A stretch of DNA of 64,000 nucleotides from Minisyncoccia bacterium (GCA_038228545.1 JBBRPE010000001.1:110924-174923); one strand, 5' to 3'; positions 45,900-55,396 are shown, numbered from the stretch's first letter. Made by a program: numbers and translations. The notes: generated by a model from the letters alone, not told the origin.

Positions 45900-46734
45900 T
45901 TACCCATCGAGACGCAAAGATGAAATGCGCAAAGGTCCACGCGTAATAGTAGGCGGGAGCGAATACGTATTTCAATCCGCTTACGCCCCCGTACACGAAC
46001 AAGAGGAACCCACCCAGAGATGCCGTAAAGGTAATGAGGTTATCCATCCAATATTGGCGTGCACGCGGCGTGCCCTGCACCTTCGCGGCATAACCGATGA
46101 ACCAATTGAAATAATGAAGGAGAATTATAAGCGCGAGCACTTGACCGGGCACATGGAATGCGAACGCGGCCACGCAGGCAAGCGCCTCTACCAGCCAGAG
46201 ATAGCGCTCGGTAGCCGACGGCGCAAGCGACGGCACCAGGAGGCGAATAATTGCTACGAGCGCAAGGACGACGACCAGCGCCTCGGAAGCAATTTGGTAC
46301 TGCGGGAAAAAAGCATTCAAAGAAAGGGTGAAATAGAGGAGGACAAAACCGGCGATGCTGACGAGGCTCGTTCGCGTTATTTTTTCTCCCTGCAGGTAGA
46401 ACTCGTCTACCGCGAAATGGAGGCCAAAAAAGAACGGCATTGCGAGGAGGAGCGGTGTAAAGCTTCCCCACAGCATGAAATACGCAACCGTAACGGCGAG
46501 CGCGAGTATGATGGTCACCCCATACCGCTTGGTCTTCATGCGACCGCCGCGATATTGGTAGATATACATCATCACGAAATGTGATTGCCCGAGCACAACG
46601 AACGTGGAGACTATTAGATTCGGCGACAGCAACACCGCAGCGACGGTGACCAGTACCGGTAGGCCAATGTTGCGCACGAATACAAGCGGGGATGTTGCGT
46701 CCAATAGACGGGGTTGTTCGCCGGCGGAAGTCAT
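45871..46734 (-). CDS. Polytopic membrane protein, unknown function (paralog of previous gene)
   Basis: 287 aa, multi-TM; 29-nt overlap with downstream paralog. Confidence 0.6.
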   Translation of the reverse strand: MTSAGEQPRLLDATSPLVFVRNIGLPVLVTVAAVLLSPNLIVSTFVVLGQSHFVMMYIYQYRGGRMKTKRYGVTIILALAVTVAYFMLWGSFTPLLLAMPFFFGLHFAVDEFYLQGEKITRTSLVSIAGFVLLYFTLSLNAFFPQYQIASEALVVVLALVAIIRLLVPSLAPSATERYLWLVEALACVAAFAFHVPGQVLALIILLHYFNWFIGYAAKVQGTPRARQYWMDNLITFTASLGGFLLFVYGGVSGLKYVFAPAYYYAWTFAHFIFASRWVSGTKTPLNL

Positions 46735-46758
46735 AGCTCCAGTATAACAAGAGAGGAA

Positions 46759-48117
46759 TTAGTGTCCTGACACCGTATCAATATCTGCCTGGAAATCTGA
46801 CGCATAGCTCATAACACTATTCGCGTACGCCTGCGCAGCGCCGGAGGCCCAACCACCTCCAGCATAGTATTTGGCAGCGGCCGTGTGTTCTGCGGTTATG
46901 TTTCCGCCCACACCTCCTACGTCTTGTAGGTAGAAGCCGGTTGCGACAATGGCATGGAGAGCGTTCCAGGGATCAGTCGCGGAAACGTTCAGTGCTGACT
47001 TTATACGTGACTGGTAGAGCACCCACGTAGAAGGAATAAACTGAGTTGGGCCCATAGCTCCTCCGTAGCCTCCGGATTGTGGACACGATACGGCAGTGGT
47101 GGACCAATCCCGACCAAGTGCATCCATGAGACTTTTGAAGACAGTAGTATCGCGGGGTGCTTTCATAACGCCGGAGAACGGTGTACCGGTATTCTTTCCT
47201 TTCCCGTCGCCTGTCACAAGATCAGTCACGAGACACTGTCCGGTATTCTTTCCCAAATTCGATTCCTGTCTAAGAATAGCGAGGATGAACGCCGGACGGA
47301 CTCCCGTTAACTTCGAGGCAATAGTTGCGTCGTCAATTGCGGTACCGAGCGGTATCGCTCCCCCGCCACCAGCCAAACCGAACAGTTCTGCACGTATCTG
47401 CGTCGCAGTTTTTTGCTGAGATGCCACAATCTCCTGATATTTCGACTCTTGACCCTTTGTCGCTGCGAGAAGCTGCTGCTTTTGGGTTTGTTGATCCACA
47501 ACCTGTTTCTTTGCCTGAAGTTGGAGCTGTGCAATCTGTTCCTGCTGTGTGAGCTGTGTCTCAAGCGCGTCCTTTTCTGTCTGAGCCTTCAGCTTTATGC
47601 CCGTTATTTGTGTATAGGAATCTCCAAGCGATTTTTTTAGGAACACATAGGAATCAAGATCCCCAAACAGTTTTGAGAGGTCTTGCGCGGAAAAGGCCAC
47701 CTCTACTATGGAGTAGTGATCTATCTCATCGGTTTTTCTAAGTATTTGAGCCAACGACTCTTTTTCGCTGTCTAGCTTGTTTGAAAGCGTTGAAATAGTC
47801 TTCTGATGTATGGTGATGTTCGTCCCGAGCTGTGAGATGGCGACTTGCGTAGCTTTCACCTGCAACTGTGCCGCTTTAATCTTTGCATTCAATGTCTGGA
47901 CTTCAGTTGAGAGTGACTTTCCTTGTGCATCGAGTGTGTCTACCACTGCTTGATTCTGGGCTATCTGCTTATTGAGGTCATCGAGTTGCGCTTGGAGCTG
48001 TGCGCGTCTGTCGTCAGTAGTCTGGGCATAAAGTGCCTGTGGTAGAACTGCCCCGGTGAGAGCAACGAGTAGGAGAATGCCGACGAGCACGGCTTGTACG
48101 AAGAACCGAGAACGCAT
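46759..48117 (-). CDS. Secreted coiled-coil protein with C-terminal lytic-transglycosylase/lysozyme-like domain
   Basis: Signal/TM, ~250 aa Q/L-rich coiled coil, then RPAFILAILRQESNLGKNTGQC (SLT-like E-S motif). Confidence 0.6.
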   Translation of the reverse strand: MRSRFFVQAVLVGILLLVALTGAVLPQALYAQTTDDRRAQLQAQLDDLNKQIAQNQAVVDTLDAQGKSLSTEVQTLNAKIKAAQLQVKATQVAISQLGTNITIHQKTISTLSNKLDSEKESLAQILRKTDEIDHYSIVEVAFSAQDLSKLFGDLDSYVFLKKSLGDSYTQITGIKLKAQTEKDALETQLTQQEQIAQLQLQAKKQVVDQQTQKQQLLAATKGQESKYQEIVASQQKTATQIRAELFGLAGGGGAIPLGTAIDDATIASKLTGVRPAFILAILRQESNLGKNTGQCLVTDLVTGDGKGKNTGTPFSGVMKAPRDTTVFKSLMDALGRDWSTTAVSCPQSGGYGGAMGPTQFIPSTWVLYQSRIKSALNVSATDPWNALHAIVATGFYLQDVGGVGGNITAEHTAAAKYYAGGGWASGAAQAYANSVMSYASDFQADIDTVSGH

Positions 48118-48145
48118 ATCGTGATGTAGTATAGCAGACGCAAGA

Positions 48146-48182
48146 AACGCCGATTCCTGTACGGAATCGGCGTTTCTTCATG
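48146..48182. terminator. Terminator hairpin downstream of rplY
   Basis: agaaacgccgattcc-tgtac-ggaatcggcgtttct (15-bp stem) with A/T flanks. Confidence 0.5.
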
Positions 48183-48191
48183 TAAAACTAG

Positions 48192-48833
48192 TTACTCGGC
48201 TTCTGCGGAATCATCAGCTGCCTTACCCTTCGATTCAACTTCGATGGAATCCATATCAGGGCCGGTTGATTCGGTTTCAACCTCAATTTCAACTGCTTGT
48301 ATAAGCGCGACGACTTCTTCACCGTCAACCATCACCGTAACGCCATGGGGAATCGAGAGATCGCTCACGTGAATCTGGTCGCCTTCGGCGGCAAGTTTCG
48401 AAATATCTACCTCAATTTCGTGTGGAAGGTTTGCCGCATCAGCTTCGATTTCGAGCTCATGCATAACCTTCACGAGGTTGAACCCGGCCTTCACGGCTGC
48501 CGACTCACCGACGAATTCAAGCGGCACGGCGATTTCAACCTTCGCACCCTTCACAAGAGCAAGCAGGTCGGTGTGGCGAGGTACGCTCGTTACTGGATCG
48601 TAGTCCACATCATGGATGAGCACCTGCAGGTCCTTGCCGATTCCCGTAAGCGAAAGCACGGATGATTCGCCCGCATCGCGGAGGATTTTCTTGAAATCAT
48701 GCAGATCAAGGGAGATGGAGATTGGCTCCTGTTTTGGTCCGTATACAACCGCAGGAATACGGCCCTCCTTTACGAGAGCGCGAGCGGCTTCCTTGCCGGT
48801 TAGTTCACGAGTCTGTGCATTCAAAGTGACCAT
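48192..48833 (-). CDS. rplY: 50S ribosomal protein L25 / general stress protein Ctc, acidic C-terminal tail
   Basis: MVTLNAQTRELTGKEAARALVKEGRIPAVVYG... L25 N-terminal pattern plus Ctc beta-barrel. Confidence 0.85.
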   Translation of the reverse strand: MVTLNAQTRELTGKEAARALVKEGRIPAVVYGPKQEPISISLDLHDFKKILRDAGESSVLSLTGIGKDLQVLIHDVDYDPVTSVPRHTDLLALVKGAKVEIAVPLEFVGESAAVKAGFNLVKVMHELEIEADAANLPHEIEVDISKLAAEGDQIHVSDLSIPHGVTVMVDGEEVVALIQAVEIEVETESTGPDMDSIEVESKGKAADDSAEAE

Positions 48834-48901
48834 ATATATGTATCTATTTACCTGGCGAGTATGCCTGAAAACAATCGGAATGGCAAGATACGAGGCCTTT
48901 T

Positions 48902-49900
48902 CTAGCCCTTAAGGGCATCAGTCACCTTCTCAAGGCGCTCAAGAAAAACTACTCGAGCTGCCTTCACGTTCTTCGGGTCTCCTTTCCAGACATCAAGCGC
49001 TTCTTCCTGAAGAGCACGGGCATAGGAGTACGTTAGTGGCCAGGGAGCTCCCTTTTCCCTTGCTACTTTGCAAATTGCGCGAAGATTTTCTGTTGCCTGA
49101 TCGGGGGTCTGTCCACCAGAAAGAAACACGATGCCGGCTAGGTTTGGCGGTACGTGCGCCATAAGTACCTCAACGGTGTCGTTCGCCACTTCCTCGGGCG
49201 TGTCCATACGCCCGCTTTCCTTTCCGGACAACACCATCGATGTTTTCAAAATAGCCCCGGACATATCGACCGCATGGTCAGTAAGCGCATCAAACACGGT
49301 GCGGAGTGTTGCTTCGAGGACCTGTTTCGTGCGCACACGGCTATGCTTCCCTTCATAGAGGACTTCTGGCTCTATGAGCGGCACCATGGACACTTCCTGT
49401 GCATCACGTGCGTAGGTCGCAAGACGGCGTGCGTTTTCTACCAAAGCTTGGGCCGTTGGAAGTGTATCTCCTTCGATGCGCACTACCGCGCGCCACTTCG
49501 TAAAGCCAGTCTCGTATTCCTTATGATACTCAATCAATCGGTCGCAGAGTCCAATGACACCTTTTGTAATGAGCTCATCCGGACTTTCTGAGAATGGTTC
49601 GGTACCTTCATCTACTTTAATACCAGGAATGATGCCGCGCTCAGCAAGCGACTTCGGAAACAACTTCTTATCGTTTCCCTTTTCGGCAAGTGTTTCTTTG
49701 TAGAGGATGACGCCGGAAAGGTACTTTTCAATACCGGGAGCGCCAAGGAATAGATCGCGGAATGCGCGACGGTTTTCATCGGTTCCTGCGACTCCATACA
49801 GAGCGAGGCGTTTATCCGCGCTCGCTGTGCTTTCGTCTGCCGCGAGTATCCCCTTGCCTGGCGCAAGAAGTTTGTGTGCAGTATCGAAAAGATCAGTCAT
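48902..49900 (-). CDS. fba: Fructose-bisphosphate aldolase, class I
   Basis: GKGILAADES... class I FBA signature; 332 aa. Confidence 0.9.
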   Translation of the reverse strand: MTDLFDTAHKLLAPGKGILAADESTASADKRLALYGVAGTDENRRAFRDLFLGAPGIEKYLSGVILYKETLAEKGNDKKLFPKSLAERGIIPGIKVDEGTEPFSESPDELITKGVIGLCDRLIEYHKEYETGFTKWRAVVRIEGDTLPTAQALVENARRLATYARDAQEVSMVPLIEPEVLYEGKHSRVRTKQVLEATLRTVFDALTDHAVDMSGAILKTSMVLSGKESGRMDTPEEVANDTVEVLMAHVPPNLAGIVFLSGGQTPDQATENLRAICKVAREKGAPWPLTYSYARALQEEALDVWKGDPKNVKAARVVFLERLEKVTDALKG

Positions 49901-49939
49901 ACGAAAAGTGTAGCATGCAGGCCGTGGTAAACTGGCCCT

Positions 49940-50932
49940 ATGTCACAGATTGATTTTCTCGCCATAGGCGACATTGTTACCGAACCGTTTATTCGATTGA
50001 AAGAAGCTGAAATTCTCGACCGCGATGGCGCGGAGCCGAAGCTCGCCATGCGCTGGGGCGACAAAATTCCCTACGAATCAGCTACGGTGTGTGCTGCCGT
50101 CGGTAATGCTTCAAACGCTGCTGTCTCTGCAGCACGTCTCGGACTCAATTCCGCACTTCGTGCGTATGTAGGCGATGACACCTACGGTCGTGAAGATATC
50201 GATGTTCTTACACACGAGAACGTTTCGACGGAGTTCATTGTCACTGAGGCAGGAAAGAAATCAAACTATCACTATGTGCTCTGGTACGAGCAAGACCGTA
50301 CTATTCTGGTGAAGCACGAGGAGTTCAGTTACTCGGTTCCGGAAATTGCAGAGTCACCAAAGTGGCTCTATCTTTCCTCCCTTGCCGATCATTCGCTTCC
50401 GTACCATCAGGCATGGGGCACTTGGCTCAAAGAGCATCCAGAAACCAAGCTCGCGTTTCAGCCGGGCACCTTCCAGATGAAGCTGGGCATTGAAGCACTT
50501 AAAGACCTCTACGAAAGCACCGAGGTGTTCGTCGTAAACCGCGATGAAGCAGCGCGTATTCTGTCAGGCGATCGAGATGACATTCCAGCGCTCCTCACAG
50601 GACTGCACGCACTCGGACCGAAGACGGTTATTGTGACCGATAACACAAACGGTGCCTACGCGTCTGACGGTACGAAGAGCTACCACGTGCCGATGTATCC
50701 TGACCAACCAATGGCGTATGAACGCACAGGTGCAGGGGATGCGTTTGCGTCTACATTCGTGTCGGCACTAGCACTCGGTCTTAGTTTTGAAGATGCGCTT
50801 TTGTGGGCTCCCATTAACTCAATGGCCGTTGTACAGAAAATAGGCGCACAGGCTGGCTTACTCACGCGTGAGGAACTCGAGAAGTTCCTTGCAGACGCAC
50901 CACCGAGCTACAAGATCGAGTCGATAGCGTAA
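49940..50932 (+). CDS. PfkB-family carbohydrate kinase (possible 6-phosphofructokinase / ribokinase-like)
   Basis: PfkB signature ...ERTGAGDAFASTFV; divergent from fba. Confidence 0.8.
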   Translation: MSQIDFLAIGDIVTEPFIRLKEAEILDRDGAEPKLAMRWGDKIPYESATVCAAVGNASNAAVSAARLGLNSALRAYVGDDTYGREDIDVLTHENVSTEFIVTEAGKKSNYHYVLWYEQDRTILVKHEEFSYSVPEIAESPKWLYLSSLADHSLPYHQAWGTWLKEHPETKLAFQPGTFQMKLGIEALKDLYESTEVFVVNRDEAARILSGDRDDIPALLTGLHALGPKTVIVTDNTNGAYASDGTKSYHVPMYPDQPMAYERTGAGDAFASTFVSALALGLSFEDALLWAPINSMAVVQKIGAQAGLLTREELEKFLADAPPSYKIESIA

Positions 50933-51078
50933 GTCTGGGGTACGAGGAACGCTTTTAGTGGCACATCGTTAATGATGTGTACGATAATGAGTGTCGCAAA
51001 GCCACCAACAAGCGTTATGGCAAGGACGCCAAGATATGAATTAATCGCTAGATTTCGTGTTCGTAGATTTGTTTTCAT
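50908..51078 (-). CDS. Candidate 56-aa small membrane protein translationally coupled to transketolase C-subunit (ATGA overlap)
   Basis: Hand translation MKTNLRTRNLAINSYLGVLAITLVGGFATLIIVHIINDVPLKAFLVPQTYAIDSIL; below the 60-aa ORF-track cutoff. Confidence 0.3.
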   Translation of the reverse strand: MKTNLRTRNLAINSYLGVLAITLVGGFATLIIVHIINDVPLKAFLVPQTYAIDSIL

Positions 51079-52058
51079 GAAATAAAAGTACGCACAGCAT
51101 CTGTAATGTGAGTAGAACCGAGACCATAGTGCTCGATGAGTTCATCCGGCTCTCCGGATTGCCCAAACACATCCTGTATACCCATTCGTACAACTGGCAC
51201 GGGGTATTTTTCGGATAGCATCTCGGCAACGGCACTTCCCATACCTCCAGCTGCCTGATGCTCTTCAATAGTTATCACACGGCCAGTTTTCCTTGCAGCC
51301 GCGATAATAGTGTCGCTATCGAGCGGTTTAATCGTATGTAGGTTAATAACTATGGTGCCGATACCGTCACTTTCGAGTGCGCGGGCAGCAAGGAGTGCGT
51401 TGTAGCAAAGTGAGCCGGTAGCAATCAAGGTGACCTTCGCCTTATCGCTTTCCCAAAGTGTAATTGCCTTCCCTATTTCAAACGGTGTCTCCGGGGTCGT
51501 AAACACCGGTGTTGCCGCCCTCCCGAACCTAATATAAGTAGGGTCGGCAGTCTTCGCTGCCGCAACAATTGCCTTCCTTCCCTCCTCGGCATCAGCCGGA
51601 TTAATAACAACCATATTCGGCAGCATGCGCATAAGTCCTATATCTTCGAGCATTTGGTGCGTCGCTCCATCGGGGCCCACCGACACGCCTGCATGCATAC
51701 CTCCTATCTTCACCGGTGTTTCGTTAAGAGCGATGGTTGTGCGTATCTGTTCGTAATTACGTCCTGGACTAAACGCTGCGTAACTCGCAATGAACGGTAT
51801 CTTCCCGACAGCTGCCATACCCGCTGCTGTTGCGGCCATGTTCTGCTCAGCAACACCCATCTCGATAAAGCGGTCTGGAAATTCTTTCTGGAACCACTCC
51901 GCACGTGTACTTTCAGCGAGGTCGGCACACAGTACAACCACGTTCCCGTTCGCCTTTCCGGCTTCAACCGTACCAAGTCCGAAGCCATCACGTGTCGGCT
52001 TCTTCTCGATGTCTTTATCGAAAAGATTCTCCTTCAGTTTTGTGTCGGGTTTAATCAT
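51075..52058 (-). CDS. tkt: Transketolase, C-terminal subunit (pyrimidine-binding and C-terminal domains)
   Basis: ...FIEMGVAEQNMAATAAGMA...; 4-nt overlap with N-terminal subunit gene. Confidence 0.9.
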   Translation of the reverse strand: MIKPDTKLKENLFDKDIEKKPTRDGFGLGTVEAGKANGNVVVLCADLAESTRAEWFQKEFPDRFIEMGVAEQNMAATAAGMAAVGKIPFIASYAAFSPGRNYEQIRTTIALNETPVKIGGMHAGVSVGPDGATHQMLEDIGLMRMLPNMVVINPADAEEGRKAIVAAAKTADPTYIRFGRAATPVFTTPETPFEIGKAITLWESDKAKVTLIATGSLCYNALLAARALESDGIGTIVINLHTIKPLDSDTIIAAARKTGRVITIEEHQAAGGMGSAVAEMLSEKYPVPVVRMGIQDVFGQSGEPDELIEHYGLGSTHITDAVRTFIS

Positions 52059-52912
52059 GAATATTCGTGTGGAACTTTGCCGGCCATGGTGCGGATTTCT
52101 TTGAGGAACTTCTTTGCCTCTTCCTTGTTTGGTGCCTTTCCATGCCAGTGGTAGTCAAACTCGATATCAGGTACGCCCTTTCCTGGGATAGTGTGTGCAA
52201 TGATGACGGTCGGTTTTTCGTATATGGCTTTTGCCTCATCAACGGCTTCGATGAACTGACGAATGTTGTGTCCATCTACTTCAAGGACATGCCAGTTGAA
52301 GGCTTCATACTTCGCCTTGAGCGAATCAAGAGGCATGATGTCTTCCGTCATTCCGTCTATCTGGATATTATTGCGGTCTATGATGGCCGTGAGGTTCGAG
52401 AGCTTGTTCTTACCAATCCACATAACCGCCTCCCAGATTATTCCCTCGTCCTGCTCGCCATCACCCATGACGACATACGTGTGATTTTTCTTACCATCCA
52501 TACGAAGTGCGTACGCAATTCCGCCTGCCTGCGGAAGGCCCTCGCCAAGAGGTCCTGAGGTGGTTTCAAGTCCCGGAAGTTTGAGACGCTCCGGGTGACC
52601 TTGAAGCCGGGTACCAAATTTGCGAAGCGTGAGACATTCCTCTACCGGGAAATAGCCTGCGTGTGCCATTGCGGAGTAACGTACCGGCACAATGTGTCCA
52701 TTACTAAGTATCAAACGGTCGCGTTCTTCCCAGTCAGGTTTCTTTGGGTCGTGCTTGAGTACATGAAAGTAGAGTGCAGCGAATATATCTGCCATACCAA
52801 GCGGACCAGCGGTGTGACCGCTTCCGGCCGCAACCAACATGTTGATTATGGTCTCGCGAATATTTTCCGCCTTCTCTTCTATATTTTGAACTTGCTCATC
52901 CGTCAGCGACAT
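52055..52912 (-). CDS. tkt: Transketolase, N-terminal (TPP-binding) subunit
   Basis: GSGHTAGPLGMADIFAALY...GDGEQDEG; split-gene arrangement. Confidence 0.9.
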   Translation of the reverse strand: MSLTDEQVQNIEEKAENIRETIINMLVAAGSGHTAGPLGMADIFAALYFHVLKHDPKKPDWEERDRLILSNGHIVPVRYSAMAHAGYFPVEECLTLRKFGTRLQGHPERLKLPGLETTSGPLGEGLPQAGGIAYALRMDGKKNHTYVVMGDGEQDEGIIWEAVMWIGKNKLSNLTAIIDRNNIQIDGMTEDIMPLDSLKAKYEAFNWHVLEVDGHNIRQFIEAVDEAKAIYEKPTVIIAHTIPGKGVPDIEFDYHWHGKAPNKEEAKKFLKEIRTMAGKVPHEYS

Positions 52913-52967
52913 ATTTTTAGAATATCACGCGTCCGGGTACAGAAACGGAATGAGGGCGTATGAAGGT

Positions 52968-53690
52968 CTACTCGTATAGACCGTGAGTGTCAGTTAATTC
53001 TGCGAACTCTGCAAACGCCGCCTTAATATCGTTCGAGCGCCAGATGCCGGAACCGACGACAAGGCGAGAGACGCCAGCGTTCAGGAGGAGACGTGCTGAC
53101 TCTAGATTCACTCCCCCGTCTACCTGTATCGGCATATCAGGATGCTTACTTCTGAATATTGCAATTTTGTTCAAGACTTCCGTTGCAAAGGGTTGTCCCT
53201 GCTTACCAATATTCTGTATTCCCATGAACTGCACGTAATCAATGTCACCGAGATACGGCTCGAGCAATTCTGAATTGGTATTAATGTTAATGGCGAGACC
53301 AAAAGAGAGTGATTCGGTTGCAAAACCCTTCTCATGTCCATATTTAACTTTTAAGTCCGTAATGAGACGCGGCATATACGTTGTTGATTCGAGGTGAGCC
53401 AGTATGCGTGTCGCTCCGGCAGCAATCCAGGTTCCAGTGATTTGCTCGGGGTCGCGTACCATTAAATCGACTTCTACATGCAAATTATCAATCTGTGGAA
53501 GCGTTCCTCCATTCGCAGACATGCGTGCAAATTCATCAGTGCCATTCGAGTATGGCCAAGAAGCTGGTTCAGCAAATACACCATCGACAATATCAACTTG
53601 CACGTCAGTCGCTATGCCTACTAAGCGAGCAAGCTTCTCGTCCAAATCAAGCTTTGATGTTGGAAGTATGGCAGGAACGATTATACCCAT
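52968..53690 (-). CDS. rpe: Ribulose-phosphate 3-epimerase-like (TIM barrel)
   Basis: IVPAILP...DIVDGVFA...VDLMV.DP...QFMGIQNIGKQGQPF...IQVDGGVN. Confidence 0.7.
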   Translation of the reverse strand: MGIIVPAILPTSKLDLDEKLARLVGIATDVQVDIVDGVFAEPASWPYSNGTDEFARMSANGGTLPQIDNLHVEVDLMVRDPEQITGTWIAAGATRILAHLESTTYMPRLITDLKVKYGHEKGFATESLSFGLAININTNSELLEPYLGDIDYVQFMGIQNIGKQGQPFATEVLNKIAIFRSKHPDMPIQVDGGVNLESARLLLNAGVSRLVVGSGIWRSNDIKAAFAEFAELTDTHGLYE

Positions 53691-53745
53691 ACGCTAAGTA
53701 TAGTGGGGCGGTTGTAGTGCTGATTCACGTAGGTGGATAAGCCCG

Positions 53746-53790
53746 ACCTAGAATTTTGAAAGTCCGCGCATGTGACGTGACGAAGGTGCT
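53746..53790 (-). pseudogene. Remnant of a duplicated rpiB 3' end downstream of pilin gene 1
   Basis: Minus-strand reading ...SSRHMRGLSKF* mirrors rpiB C-terminus ...SPRHMRRLSKF*; ~80% nt identity over ~45 nt with 54358-54400. Confidence 0.5.
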
Positions 53791-53810
53791 CGGTGAAATA
53801 ACAGACCTGA

Positions 53811-54329
53811 CTAGGGATTCGCCCAACATCCTACTTCGCTCCAGGTCGTTCCGTCTGAAATACTGGTTCGCCCGCTACTGCCATAGCAAAGATAGCGCGC
53901 ACTACCAGCCTTCGCGCTTTCATAGGGAAGATATGCCAGGATAGTAAATTTGTCCGGACTGTCAGGATAGGTGTTAACAAAAAAGAGGCAGTACGTCCCA
54001 CAGGTTGTGCCACTCGATTGGAGGAGTTGATTACACACAGCAGAGGCTGACCCGGCATAATTACCGCCAAAGGAAATATAGCTACAGTGACTACTCTGTC
54101 CTATCCACCCAGTGTCTCCATTTTTTATTGCGGTATAACTTCCTGTTTCGCTGTATTCACTATTCATAATGAGGCGAAATTGCTGTGCCTCTTCTCGCAC
54201 CGCAGTATCAGCAGCGCGCAATCGTGCCATATGTAAATTCGCAAGTACCACTGAGGAAAGAAGTCCTATGATAGCGATAACAACGAGAAGTTCGATGAGG
54301 GTGAACCCGCGTGGTACTTCTCTTTTCAT
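53811..54329 (-). CDS. Type IV pilin / pseudopilin-like protein (prepilin N-terminal methylation motif)
   Basis: MKREVPRGFTLIELLVVIAIIGLL..., C-terminal Cys pair; start at ATG 54329 (ORF-track extension overlaps rpiB). Confidence 0.8.
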   Translation of the reverse strand: MKREVPRGFTLIELLVVIAIIGLLSSVVLANLHMARLRAADTAVREEAQQFRLIMNSEYSETGSYTAIKNGDTGWIGQSSHCSYISFGGNYAGSASAVCNQLLQSSGTTCGTYCLFFVNTYPDSPDKFTILAYLPYESAKAGSARYLCYGSSGRTSISDGTTWSEVGCWANP

Positions 54330-54357
54330 ATTTTTAGGGCTGTAGAGGGGTTTTAAA

Positions 54358-54840
54358 CTAAAACTTAGAAAGTCTGCGCATGTGTCGCGGTGACGCCGCA
54401 TCAAACGCGGTACTGAGGAAAATACGCACGGCTTCGTCTGCATCATCAGGTGAGACAAACCGAGCACCGATAGAGAGCACGTTCGCATTATTGTGCTTAC
54501 GAGAAAGTCGTATGACATCAAATCCATCTTCGGAATGTCCTCCTTCGACATCAAGAGCGTCGAGTGCCGGCTCTTTACCGTAAAAAACCGCCGCACGAAT
54601 GGCCGGAACTCGGTTCGCGCACATTGCCTCGCCCTGCCCGCTTCCGGCAACGATAATACCGAAGGCATCCTCCGATGCGATTTTGTGAGCAAAGGGCGTT
54701 ACGTAATCCGGATAATCGTCTTCGGGATCAAGCGTAGCTGGGCCAAGGTCTTCCACTTCATAGCCAAGTACTTGTAGATGGTCAAACAATGCAGTTTTAA
54801 GTCTGAAGCCAGCATGGTCGCCCGTAAGATATATTTTCAT
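54358..54840 (-). CDS. rpiB: Ribose-5-phosphate isomerase B (RpiB/LacAB family)
   Basis: MKIYLTGDHAGF...GIIVAGSGQGEAMCANR; start at ATG 54840. Confidence 0.85.
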   Translation of the reverse strand: MKIYLTGDHAGFRLKTALFDHLQVLGYEVEDLGPATLDPEDDYPDYVTPFAHKIASEDAFGIIVAGSGQGEAMCANRVPAIRAAVFYGKEPALDALDVEGGHSEDGFDVIRLSRKHNNANVLSIGARFVSPDDADEAVRIFLSTAFDAASPRHMRRLSKF

Positions 54841-54883
54841 ATTTTGAGTATCAGCCACACCAGATGTAGTTCAGGTGAAGTAA

Positions 54884-55393
54884 TTATGGATTTGAATAAC
54901 AGCCCGGGTCAGTCCATCCAGCACTGTTGCTATCAGTAATGCTATATTTTCCGCCACTTCCGTAACATAGCCAACGCGCGCTACCCGCCAAGGCGCTGGC
55001 ATACGGCAGATATGCCATGATGGTGAACTTATCAGGCGAGTCAGGATTCGTTGCGGCAAACCAGACACAGTTTCCACCACATGTAGCACCAGCAGCTTTC
55101 ACGAGTGCAGTACAAATACTCGCAGCTTGCGTAGCGTAGTTTCCTCCGAAGCCGCTGCAACTCTGGCCGGCAGTGAGCCATGATCCGCCAGCACCCGATT
55201 TAATCACAGCGTACGAGCCCACATCCGAGTACTGCAATTGCATGATATTTCTGAACTGTTCGGCTTCAGAGCGGACGGTAGCGTCTGCCGCCTTCGCACG
55301 CGTAGTGTTCAGGCTTGCAAGGGCAACGGATGCAATAACACCGATAATAGCGATAACGACGAGAAGTTCGATAAGGGTAAACCCGCGTTGCAT
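54884..55393 (-). CDS. Type IV pilin / pseudopilin-like protein, paralog of 53811..54329
   Basis: MQRGFTLIELLVVIAIIGVIASVALA...; shares PDSPDKFTI(M/L)AYLPY..A.AGSAR(W/Y)LCYGSGG with paralog. Confidence 0.85.
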   Translation of the reverse strand: MQRGFTLIELLVVIAIIGVIASVALASLNTTRAKAADATVRSEAEQFRNIMQLQYSDVGSYAVIKSGAGGSWLTAGQSCSGFGGNYATQAASICTALVKAAGATCGGNCVWFAATNPDSPDKFTIMAYLPYASALAGSARWLCYGSGGKYSITDSNSAGWTDPGCYSNP

Positions 55394-55396
55394 ACC

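Noticed and set aside
51041-51268. 75-aa minus-strand ORF from the track
   Set aside because: Overlaps the transketolase C-subunit gene out of frame; the real small gene here is the 56-aa ATGA-coupled micro-ORF in another frame.
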